IMG/VR virus record: IMGVR_UViG_3300037423_000214
Coordinates: 1 to 31,056 of that record
DNA length: 31,056 nucleotides
Direction: 5' to 3' (one strand)
Source of the DNA: a virus
Lineage: Duplodnaviria; Caudoviricetes
Below are positions 1 through 8,104 of this stretch, one piece after another (within the stretch, counting starts at the first letter, position 1; the number at the start of each line of letters is the position of its first letter). The translations under genes and the position numbers were made by a program. Under the pieces are notes generated by a model that was given only the letters and a program-made list of their open reading frames with translations, was not told where the DNA came from and ran no database searches.

Positions 1-1
1 G

Positions 2-574
2 CTGGCTCCGCGTTCTGGTGGTCTTGGTGACTTGATCGTCACTGAATACCGTCCGCGCTATTCCGAAGCGACCAAGCTGAACCGTTCGTTTTCCGCTTCG
101 ATTCAAGCGGTGGCCACCACGACCGTAGGCTTGGCAACGACTTATACCGGCTTGGTGATCTCCAATCCGATCACCTCAACGATCGACATGCATCTGACCA
201 AAGCGTCGATCATGCAATCGGTGATTCAGTCCACGCAGATCGAGGCATACGCTATTGCGATCGGCTACAACTCCGGCACCAACGTTACGCACACCGCAGC
301 ATTAACGGTAAAGAACAACCTCGTCGGCTCGTCCGTAGCAGGCCAGGGCTTGGCTGATACTTCCGCAACTCTGCCGACCGCGCCGACCTATCACACCTTT
401 GTTCAGAACACTGGCACGGCGACTGCCAATGGCACCGGCTCCGTGATCGATCTTGAAGGTTCGATCATTCTGCCGCCTGGTGGTTATGCACTGTGGGTGA
501 CACCGGCTCAAGCGTCGGTTGCGGGCTTGTGGTTCAGTTTTAGCTGGCTGGAATTCCCGACTACCCAAGCTTAA
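2..574 (+). CDS. Phage structural/hypothetical protein, 5' truncated by the window edge
   Basis: Frame 2 is open from base 2 (LAPRSGGLGDLIVTEYRPRY...) to TAA at 572-574. The product is T/A/S/G-rich with beta-strand-like composition and lies directly upstream of the portal. Confidence 0.6.
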   Translation: MAPRSGGLGDLIVTEYRPRYSEATKLNRSFSASIQAVATTTVGLATTYTGLVISNPITSTIDMHLTKASIMQSVIQSTQIEAYAIAIGYNSGTNVTHTAALTVKNNLVGSSVAGQGLADTSATLPTAPTYHTFVQNTGTATANGTGSVIDLEGSIILPPGGYALWVTPAQASVAGLWFSFSWLEFPTTQA

Positions 575-584
575 TAGGTAGATA

Positions 585-3116
585 GTGCATCCAAATAAAT
601 TCCTGGGGCGGGTTCGGCAGCAAGCCAAGCCCGCCATGTCGGAATCGGAAAAGGCCGAGCGCCTTGAATCGTTAAGTGAAGTTATTGCTGGTCGCCGTAA
701 GGATTCGGTCGACGCTCGCAAAACATCCGGCATCGAAGATGTCTGGCTGAAATGCGAGGAAGCTTATCTTGGCATTGACGATGCGAACCGCCATGAATTC
801 TCCCAGGCGAAGTGGGCTAAGCCGACCAGCATCAATGGCCCAGTCACGTCCAACAAAACGCCGAAAGACGATACCAAGTCGACGGCATTTGTTCTACTGA
901 CTTCGCGTTATGTGGACTTCGCATCGGCAAAACTCGGTGAAATCCTGCTGCCGATTGACGATAAGGCATTCGCATTCTCTCCGACGCCAGACCCTGATCT
1001 GGTTGCGCAGAAAGAGGATTTAAGCCCGCTGATCGATAAGATTACCGGCCAGCCTGTCATGCGTCCGATGACGGACGCTGAAATGCAGCAGCAGGCGCAG
1101 CCGGATAATCAGTCGGCCACGATGCCGCCGATGACGCCAGTCGCTCAAGGAGCTCAGCAAATGGTCGCGAAGACCATTGCCGACCAAGCCCAAGAGCTGA
1201 TGGATAAGGCGAAAGACGCTGCAGAGAAGGCCGAAAGTCGTATCTACGACTGGATGACGGAAAGTAAATATCCGGCTGAAGTGCGCAAGGTGATCGCGGA
1301 TTCTGCGCGCATCGGTGTCGGTGTATTGAAGGGGCCGTTCCCCGAAGTAAAGAAGTCTCAAGCCGTCACCAAGAGCAAAAAAGGTATCGTCCTTGAGATT
1401 AAGGAAGAGGTTGTTCCTACTTACCGCTGGGTCGATCCGTGGAATATTTTCCCGGATGAGTCGTGCGGAGAGAATATTCATAACGGCGATGGCATCTTCG
1501 AGCGGGATTTCCTCTCGAAGAGCATGTTATCGAAGTTAAAGAAAGAGCCTTATTACCTGCCGAATCAAATTGACAAGGTATTGGAAGAAGGCCCTGGCAA
1601 GGCGCAGGCGGAAGGCAGAAATCCGCATGAGAAGAAGACCAAGAATCGTTTCGAGATTTGGCATTACTACGGCATATTGAGCCGCAAGGATTTCGAGGCA
1701 TCGGTCGGCGATGATGAGCTGATGGGTGAGCTCAAAGAAGATCAAGAAGATGTGTTTGCCATCGTATCGATGGTGAATGACACGATCATCAAGGTCATTT
1801 TGAATCCGCTCGAATCCGGCCGCTTCCCGTATCACACGATGAGCTGGTCGCGTCGCCCTGGTCATTGGGCGGGCGTTGGTATTGGCGAGAAGATCGATAT
1901 GCCGCAGCGCATGGTCAATGCATCGACGCGCGCGGTCCTGAACAATGCTGGCATTTCTTCTGGCGTGCAGATTGTTTTGGATGCTGCATCGCTTCAGCCG
2001 GCAGACAAGAATTGGCACATTACGCCAAACAAGATTTGGCTCTTGTCGGAAGAGGGGGTTGGCAAGGATGTCCGGTCCGTCTTTAATTCGATAGAGATCC
2101 CGAACGTTGTTGCCGAGTTGATGCCGATTATTCAATACGGCATGAAGCTGGCCGAGGAATCGACTGGCATTGCGTTGGTGACGCAAGGGCAAGACGGCGA
2201 CACGACGCCGCAGACCTTTGGCCAGGCAGAACTGCAGAACAACAACGCAAGCACATGGTTGCGCAATGTTGGTTACCGGTTTGACGATCAGATCACCGAA
2301 CCGGTGGTTACCGAGTCGTATGAGTGGTTATTGCTTGATCCTGAAGTGCCGGACGATGAAAAAGGCGACTTTCAGATCAATGCCCATGGATCGATCGCCA
2401 TGGTGGAGCGCGCGATTCAGGAACAGACGCTGTTGGGCTTGTTTAACGCGGCGACGAATCCAGCATACAAAATCAATCCGTCGAAGCTGTTTGAGGAATT
2501 CCTTAAAGCCAAGCGTCTTGACCCGCGCAAGATCCAGTACAGCGAGCAAGAGCAGCAGCAAATGCAGCAGCAGCCTCCGGCACCGCCCATTCAGGTCATG
2601 GTAGAGCAGGTCAAAGGCCAGAATGCTTTGGCGTTGGAAGACAAGAAGACACAAGGCGAATTAGCGCAGATCGCTGCCGAAGCCCAGCAAACACAGCAGC
2701 AGTTGCAAACTGGCGGCATGACGCCGCACATGGCAACGGCCACTGCGCAGATCGAGCGCGAGCGCATTCGTGCGGCAACCGCGGAGCGCGTGGAAGAGTC
2801 GCGCGCCCATGCGGAAGCAGCGCGCGCCGACAAGGAATATCTGATTGCGCAGCAGAATGGACAGTTCCGCCTGGAAGAAAAGCGCCTAGACCGCGAATTG
2901 AAGATTCTTGAGTACAGCGCCAAGCACAACCTCACTCTGGAGCAGGTCAAGGCCGAGCTTGCCAAGACCTCGATACAGGAAGAAACCAAGCGGCAATTGG
3001 CGGCGGCAGAAATCGAACTGGCCCAAGCCGAAGGCGACAAGGATCGTGCCGTCGACGTGCATAAGCACACGACCAGCTTAGTGCGCGACCAGATAACTAC
3101 GCCAAACACGCCATGA
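585..3116 (+). CDS. Portal protein (podovirus type) with a Q/E-rich C-terminal coiled-coil extension
   Basis: 843 aa. Portal-like motifs include G(V)GVLKGP, WVDPWNIFPD, FEIWHYYG, PYH...W...PGHWAGVGI and QRMVNASTRAVLNNA. Position is upstream of scaffold and capsid. Confidence 0.88.
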   Translation: MHPNKFLGRVRQQAKPAMSESEKAERLESLSEVIAGRRKDSVDARKTSGIEDVWLKCEEAYLGIDDANRHEFSQAKWAKPTSINGPVTSNKTPKDDTKSTAFVLLTSRYVDFASAKLGEILLPIDDKAFAFSPTPDPDLVAQKEDLSPLIDKITGQPVMRPMTDAEMQQQAQPDNQSATMPPMTPVAQGAQQMVAKTIADQAQELMDKAKDAAEKAESRIYDWMTESKYPAEVRKVIADSARIGVGVLKGPFPEVKKSQAVTKSKKGIVLEIKEEVVPTYRWVDPWNIFPDESCGENIHNGDGIFERDFLSKSMLSKLKKEPYYLPNQIDKVLEEGPGKAQAEGRNPHEKKTKNRFEIWHYYGILSRKDFEASVGDDELMGELKEDQEDVFAIVSMVNDTIIKVILNPLESGRFPYHTMSWSRRPGHWAGVGIGEKIDMPQRMVNASTRAVLNNAGISSGVQIVLDAASLQPADKNWHITPNKIWLLSEEGVGKDVRSVFNSIEIPNVVAELMPIIQYGMKLAEESTGIALVTQGQDGDTTPQTFGQAELQNNNASTWLRNVGYRFDDQITEPVVTESYEWLLLDPEVPDDEKGDFQINAHGSIAMVERAIQEQTLLGLFNAATNPAYKINPSKLFEEFLKAKRLDPRKIQYSEQEQQQMQQQPPAPPIQVMVEQVKGQNALALEDKKTQGELAQIAAEAQQTQQQLQTGGMTPHMATATAQIERERIRAATAERVEESRAHAEAARADKEYLIAQQNGQFRLEEKRLDRELKILEYSAKHNLTLEQVKAELAKTSIQEETKRQLAAAEIELAQAEGDKDRAVDVHKHTTSLVRDQITTPNTP

Positions 3117-3358
3117 CGCCAAAACCGCCGTTCGTTCTGACGAAGGATGAAAGAGACTCGAAGCTTTGGCGCAAGCTAATGAAGCATTGGGAAGAGCGTT
3201 TAACGTCGCTTCGCATACAAAACGATAGCGATAGGTCTGAAACAGACACCGCATTATTGAGGGGCCGCATTGCCGAAGTGAAGGCGAATATGGCTCTTGA
3301 TAAGGATTCACCAGCAGTAGACATCGCCGCCCCGGGTAACTGGCACGGCAAGCAGTAG
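3113..3358 (+). CDS. Small helical head-module protein between portal and scaffold
   Basis: ATGA overlap with the portal stop. 81 aa, with the pattern W..L......RL..LR..ND......T..LRGRIAE typical of the small gene after podovirus portals. Confidence 0.7.
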   Translation: MTPKPPFVLTKDERDSKLWRKLMKHWEERLTSLRIQNDSDRSETDTALLRGRIAEVKANMALDKDSPAVDIAAPGNWHGKQ

Positions 3359-3390
3359 CGACCCACGCCATTGGCGCCGGTTGTTGGTAG

Positions 3391-3412
3391 ACGAGCCCCG
3401 AGCTCGTTTTTT
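3391..3412 (+). terminator. Intrinsic terminator-like hairpin upstream of the scaffold gene
   Basis: ACGAGC-cccga-GCTCGT followed by TTTTT. Confidence 0.55.
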
Positions 3413-3428
3413 ATTTGTGGAGAAGTAA

Positions 3429-4349
3429 ATGACCCAAGAAAACCTAGCAGCAGACGAAGCACAATTTGAATCTGGTTACAGCGATGTTCCCACGGAGACG
3501 CCGGAACGCACGGAAGAGCCAGAGACAAAGCCGGAGCCTAAAGCTGAAGAGCAAAAGGCTGATGCAAACGATCCGCTGAAAGAGGTTTTCGCAAGGCTCG
3601 ATAAGTACGAAGCCAGTCAAAACAAACTTGCTGGGCATATTGGCGGGTTGACTCGCACGCAGGACGAAATCAAGCAACTCTTGGCCGCCTCGAAAAAGGC
3701 CACTGAGACTGTTGCAGATGCTCCGACCGATGCGCAGGTCAAGGAAGCCATGAAAAGCCCGCAAGAGTGGGAGTCCTTGAAAGAGGATTTTCCGCAATGG
3801 GCAATCGCGACCGAGAAGTATATGGATGCAAAGCTGGCCACGTTGAAGGCGCCGCAAGCTTTGGACCCAGCCGCCATTGAAAAAATGGTCGGTGAGCGTG
3901 TTGCTGGGCAGTCGGCAGAGATCAAGCAGGCAATTGTCAATGACACGATCGATGCCGTATTCCCTGACATGGACTGGCAGGAAGAAGTCAAAAAGCCTGA
4001 ATTCGACAAATGGATCAAGAGCGATCCTGATTGGACACCGGAAGCAGCAAATCTGGCCTCCATCAAGACAGCGCTGGCAGATCCAAATTCGGCGCTTTCC
4101 AAGTTGGTCAAGGAAAAGCCACGGTCGAATGTCACGCTCTATGTTTCTTCGAAGGTCGGCGATGTAGTCCGGCTGCTTCGTAAATGGGAACAGCATAAAG
4201 ATTCGCTTTCCCAGGCAAAAACCGAGCCGAAACAAGACACCTCCACAAGGACAAAACGATTCGCGGCAGCAGTAGCACCGCGCGGAACTGGCGGCCATGC
4301 CCCAGGCCGATCGGAACTTGACGATTTCGAAGCTGGCTACCGCAGCTAG
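3429..4349 (+). CDS. Putative capsid scaffolding protein
   Basis: 306 aa with an acidic, disordered N-terminus and helical body. The F..GY motif occurs at both ends (FESGY, FEAGY). GGAG RBS; directly upstream of the major capsid gene. Confidence 0.7.
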   Translation: MTQENLAADEAQFESGYSDVPTETPERTEEPETKPEPKAEEQKADANDPLKEVFARLDKYEASQNKLAGHIGGLTRTQDEIKQLLAASKKATETVADAPTDAQVKEAMKSPQEWESLKEDFPQWAIATEKYMDAKLATLKAPQALDPAAIEKMVGERVAGQSAEIKQAIVNDTIDAVFPDMDWQEEVKKPEFDKWIKSDPDWTPEAANLASIKTALADPNSALSKLVKEKPRSNVTLYVSSKVGDVVRLLRKWEQHKDSLSQAKTEPKQDTSTRTKRFAAAVAPRGTGGHAPGRSELDDFEAGYRS

Positions 4350-4373
4350 ATCGTCGCAACGCAATACAAAACG

Positions 4374-4395
4374 ACCCGCTTTGAGCGGGTTTTTT
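4374..4395 (+). terminator. Intrinsic terminator between scaffold and major capsid genes
   Basis: ACCCGCT-ttg-AGCGGGT followed by TTTTT. Confidence 0.75.
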
Positions 4396-4424
4396 ATTTT
4401 GTAAATTAATTAGGAGTAGTCATC

Positions 4425-5492
4425 ATGACGATGCAAACCTTTGCCCTAACCGCAGGGCGTATTAACAAGTTCAAAGGAGAGATCCTTAAGCATGCGAAAC
4501 CTTACGAAGTCCTGTCCAAGGTCGGTCGTCAGGTTCAAATGCCGCAAAACAACAGCGACACCTATGTAGCACGTCGCTTCCTGCCGTATGGCGCAACCTC
4601 TTCGGCACCGAACGTTTTCTTCCCGACCGCTACCGGCGACCGTGGCAACACGCTCGTTCAGGCGCATGTTACTCAGGAAGGCGTTACCCCGACTCCGGAT
4701 TCCATCACTCCGGTCGACATCACCGAAGTCGTTCAGCAGTATTCCTGCTTGTACGGCTTCACCGACAAGACCTATAACCTGTACGAGGATGACATCCCCG
4801 AGCAGATGAAGATCCAGATCGGCGAGCGCGTTGGCTTAGTCAACGAGATGATCGTCTACGGCAAGCTGAAGTCCTGCACCAACCAGTTCTATGGTGGCGC
4901 CGGCACTTCCCGTGCAACCGTTGCTGGTCCGATGACCTTGAACCTGCAGTCTTCTGTCGTTCGCTCCTTGATCGCCAATCACGCGATGCCGATCACCCGC
5001 CTGCTGGCTGCGTCTCCGAAGTTCGACACTTCCCCGGTTGAAAAAGGCTATTTCGCCTATACCCACTCGGATCTGGAGCGTCAGATTCGCGACCTGCCTA
5101 ACTTCGTTCCTGTTTCGAAGTATGCATCCGGCTCTCCGGAAGAAGGCGAAATCGGTTCTGTTGAGCGCATCCGCTACATCTTGTCGCCGGATTTGCCCAG
5201 CTTCCAAGATGCTGGCGCAGCAGTCGCTTCGTGGACTGGATCCGGCACCGGTTATTCGACCACCGGCACTTCGCTTGACGTCTACCCGGTCATCATCATG
5301 GGCGCTGACGCATTCAGTCAGATCGCTGTCCGCGGTTTGGACGCTCTTGACCCGACCTTCCTGCCGCCTGGCGAGAAGAGCAAGAGCGATCCGCTCGGCC
5401 AGCGTGGTTACGCCGGTACTAGCTGGTGGAAAGCCACGATGGTTGAAAACCAGTTGTGGATGGCCGTAGTGAACGTTGCTCGCCAATCGTAA
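4425..5492 (+). CDS. Major capsid protein, N4-gp56 family (HK97 fold)
   Basis: 355 aa with strong AGGAG RBS. Motifs QMPQNNSD...RR, EGVTP, GEIGSVE.IRYI, DVYP.IIMG.DAF and KSDPLGQRGY.G..WW are characteristic of N4-gp56-like capsid proteins. Confidence 0.9.
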   Translation: MTMQTFALTAGRINKFKGEILKHAKPYEVLSKVGRQVQMPQNNSDTYVARRFLPYGATSSAPNVFFPTATGDRGNTLVQAHVTQEGVTPTPDSITPVDITEVVQQYSCLYGFTDKTYNLYEDDIPEQMKIQIGERVGLVNEMIVYGKLKSCTNQFYGGAGTSRATVAGPMTLNLQSSVVRSLIANHAMPITRLLAASPKFDTSPVEKGYFAYTHSDLERQIRDLPNFVPVSKYASGSPEEGEIGSVERIRYILSPDLPSFQDAGAAVASWTGSGTGYSTTGTSLDVYPVIIMGADAFSQIAVRGLDALDPTFLPPGEKSKSDPLGQRGYAGTSWWKATMVENQLWMAVVNVARQS

Positions 5493-5501
5493 TAGGACAC
5501 A

Positions 5502-5527
5502 GGCCGGATTAGTCCGGCCAATTTTTT
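5502..5527 (+). terminator. Hairpin/terminator after the major capsid gene
   Basis: GGCCGGA-ttag-TCCGGCC followed by AA and a T run. Confidence 0.5.
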
Positions 5528-5538
5528 AGGAGCTTATT

Positions 5539-6054
5539 ATGCAGGCATCAATCAGCCAATACCTGGCCGGTATCCCAGCAGAACGTATTCAGGCGGCACT
5601 CATCCCGATTCTGAATGCGTTGGGTGACCGTCTTTCTTCTCAAACACTTACCTCTGGTGCATTGCGTATCAAAGGTGGTAGCGCATCTGCTCTTGCCCAA
5701 ACCAATGCCGCTTACTACGGCATTGCAAACGGCAAGCTGGTGACCAAAGCAACCACCACGGATATGGCGGCATTGTCCGGCACCGTGACCAATGCGAAGT
5801 ACAACGTGTTCTGCTTCTTCATCAATTCGGCAGGCACCTTGAGTACTTCGATGGGCATTCAGGCTGGAACCCTGGCCAATGTCACATTTCCGCCAATTCC
5901 GCAAGGCAGCGCAATGATCGGTTTCGTGATCATCAACCCAACCGGTACTGGCGATTTCGTCGGCGGCACTACGGTTTTGGATGACGGCACCGTCACCCCG
6001 AACGCCGTGTTCGTCAATACGGTGGGTGCCTTTGATCCCAGCATCGCACTTTAA
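5539..6054 (+). CDS. Putative capsid decoration/cement protein 1
   Basis: 171 aa, G/T/A-rich, AGGAG RBS, immediately after the capsid gene. Similar to the next ORF. Confidence 0.55.
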   Translation: MQASISQYLAGIPAERIQAALIPILNALGDRLSSQTLTSGALRIKGGSASALAQTNAAYYGIANGKLVTKATTTDMAALSGTVTNAKYNVFCFFINSAGTLSTSMGIQAGTLANVTFPPIPQGSAMIGFVIINPTGTGDFVGGTTVLDDGTVTPNAVFVNTVGAFDPSIAL

Positions 6055-6076
6055 TCAAATTTAAGGAGTAATACAC

Positions 6077-6574
6077 ATGGACGCTTTAACTCAAGTACCT
6101 ATCACGATGTGCACGATGAAATCGGCCATCGCCGCAGGCACCACCACCACCATGAGCACCACCGGCACCACCTTGTACTGCATCAAGGGCAAGGCATATT
6201 CGACGGCCGCCAAAACCAACTCGGCTTCGCCGACAACCGACGCAACGACCGGTGCCGCATTTGTGGCTCAGGCAATCGGCGAAGGTTGCGTGTACGTTGT
6301 CGGCTTGGATTCCAGTGGTGCCTTCAAAGTATCGCAAGGTTCTCGCGTTACTTTGGACGCAGCCGGTAACTTCCGCGATCTGCCGCAATTCCCGGCTGTT
6401 CCGGACACGACTTGCCCGATTGGCTATGTGCTGATTCAGTTGGCTCCGTCGACTGCTACCACGCCGGCTGTTGCCACCTGGACGTTTGGCACGAATAACT
6501 TGTCAAGCGTAACCGGTGTTACCTATACCTTCGTATCGGTAATGACTTTGCCGGATCGTCCGCAAGCATCGTAA
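6077..6574 (+). CDS. Putative capsid decoration/cement protein 2
   Basis: 165 aa, AAGGAG RBS. Shares Y.I.GK, (D/N)S.G...S.G and FP..P.....IG.V.I with the preceding ORF. Confidence 0.55.
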   Translation: MDALTQVPITMCTMKSAIAAGTTTTMSTTGTTLYCIKGKAYSTAAKTNSASPTTDATTGAAFVAQAIGEGCVYVVGLDSSGAFKVSQGSRVTLDAAGNFRDLPQFPAVPDTTCPIGYVLIQLAPSTATTPAVATWTFGTNNLSSVTGVTYTFVSVMTLPDRPQAS

Positions 6575-6596
6575 TCATAGCTCTACCGTAGTAACG

Positions 6597-6624
6597 AAAG
6601 CCCACCTAAGACGTGGGCTTTTTT
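6597..6624 (+). terminator. Intrinsic terminator closing the head module
   Basis: AAAGCCCAC-ctaagac-GTGGGCTTT followed by TTT. Confidence 0.8.
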
Positions 6625-6643
6625 CATTTCAGGAGAAGAAATT

Positions 6644-7168
6644 ATGGACGCAAAAAACGCACCGATCAGCCGGGGTCGGAAAGAAGTCAATACCGGTGAT
6701 ATGCCCATTGCTCAAAAGGGCGCTGTTGATCTTGACAATATCCAGCGCGGCGAATCGCTGATTGAGGTCGCACCGGATATTACCAAGGATGACGAATACC
6801 AAGCTGCATTGGCCTTTATGGAAGAGCCGGTCACCATTCGTATCGAAAACAATTCGAACGCAGATTTCCCGGAAACGCACGTTCCCTGCGCCGTGAACGG
6901 CAAGGGCGCTGAAGTCTTCCAAAACGGTCAATGGATTCAAATGACTTGGCTGCCGATCGGTTACCCGCTGATCGTTAAGCGTAAGTACGTGGAAGTGCTG
7001 GCACGCTCCAAGTCCGACTCCATTCGCACCCATCACGACGATGCAACGGTCGAGCGCCCGCGCAACACGCTTCATCGCCACTCTCGCTCGAACTATCCGC
7101 TGTCGATCATCGAAGACAAGAATCCCAAGGGCCATGAGTGGCTTTCTCGCGTTTTGATGGGGCATTAA
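6644..7168 (+). CDS. Hypothetical phage protein between the head and tail modules
   Basis: 174 aa with AGGAG RBS, in operon context. No function recognised. Confidence 0.75.
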   Translation: MDAKNAPISRGRKEVNTGDMPIAQKGAVDLDNIQRGESLIEVAPDITKDDEYQAALAFMEEPVTIRIENNSNADFPETHVPCAVNGKGAEVFQNGQWIQMTWLPIGYPLIVKRKYVEVLARSKSDSIRTHHDDATVERPRNTLHRHSRSNYPLSIIEDKNPKGHEWLSRVLMGH

Positions 7169-7171
7169 TCC

Positions 7172-8104
7172 GTGAACTACCTCCAGCTCGTCAACCGGTT
7201 GCGCCAGAACTGCGGCGTTTCCGGTTCGGATTTGACTACCGTTGTTAGCCAGACCGGCGAATCCCTTCGCCTGTGCAACTGGATCAATGAAGCCTGGATG
7301 GACATTCAGAGCGTTTTCCATGGCTGGCAGTGGATGCGTTCTACCGTGACTTTCCCCACGGTGAGCGCTCAGCCGACTTACACGGCGACGCAAATGGGAT
7401 TGACTGATTTTGGTAGTTGGGCGCGCGACACGTTCCGCAATTACGCCAATCCTGCCGTCACGCTCACGATTGCCTCGCCTTGTGTGGTGACTTTGTCCAC
7501 TCATGGCCTCTCAGTAGGAGATACGGTCAAGTTTTACACAACTGGTGCGCTTCCGACTGGAATCACGTCAGGCACCACGTACTACGTGGTTTCTGTGCCG
7601 AGCTCAGACACATTCACTTTCTCTGCGGCTTCTAGCGGCACCGCAGTTAATACCAGCGGTTCGCAAAGCGGTACGCACACCATCACATCAAATAACGCAA
7701 CGGTATTTGCCGGCATGAAGTCCGAGATTTTCATGCCATACATCGATTACGAAGTGTGGCGTGATGGTTACGAGTACGGCGCATTGCGTCAAGTGCAGAC
7801 GCGACCGACCGTAATCACTATCACGCCGGATAAGTCGATTGGCTTGGCGCCGTTCCCTATCGCCGGATATACGGTGCTCGGTGACTACTATCGCATTCCG
7901 ACAGAGATGTCTGGCAATACGGATATTCCAGCACTGCCGACGCAATATCACATGGCAATCGTCTACAAAGCGATGATGGCCTATGGCTCCTATGAGGGAG
8001 CATCCGAGGTTTATCAGCGCGGCGAAATGGAGTATTCGAAATGGTTGCGCCGCATACATCGTGATCGCATGCCGGAAATTATGGTTGGCGGGGCTTTGGC
8101 ATGA
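7172..8104 (+). CDS. Head-tail adaptor (tail tubular protein A / P22 gp4-like) with an inserted beta domain
   Basis: N-terminal MNYLQLVN.L....G and WINEAW.DIQ.....W.W, and C-terminal P.LP.QYH.AIVY.A, fit podovirus adaptors. The insert THGLSVGDTV.F...LPTG....TTYYV lies at about 7454-7690. Confidence 0.72.
   Translation: MNYLQLVNRLRQNCGVSGSDLTTVVSQTGESLRLCNWINEAWMDIQSVFHGWQWMRSTVTFPTVSAQPTYTATQMGLTDFGSWARDTFRNYANPAVTLTIASPCVVTLSTHGLSVGDTVKFYTTGALPTGITSGTTYYVVSVPSSDTFTFSAASSGTAVNTSGSQSGTHTITSNNATVFAGMKSEIFMPYIDYEVWRDGYEYGALRQVQTRPTVITITPDKSIGLAPFPIAGYTVLGDYYRIPTEMSGNTDIPALPTQYHMAIVYKAMMAYGSYEGASEVYQRGEMEYSKWLRRIHRDRMPEIMVGGALA

Noticed and set aside
2540-2710. CAG-rich runs in the portal gene
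   Set aside because: They encode the usual Gln/Pro-rich linker. They are not a regular repeat array or a CRISPR.
3444-4364. 306-aa - strand ORF, and the similar 291-aa ORF at 6629-7504
   Set aside because: These are antisense shadows of well-supported + strand genes, with no RBS or recognisable motifs.
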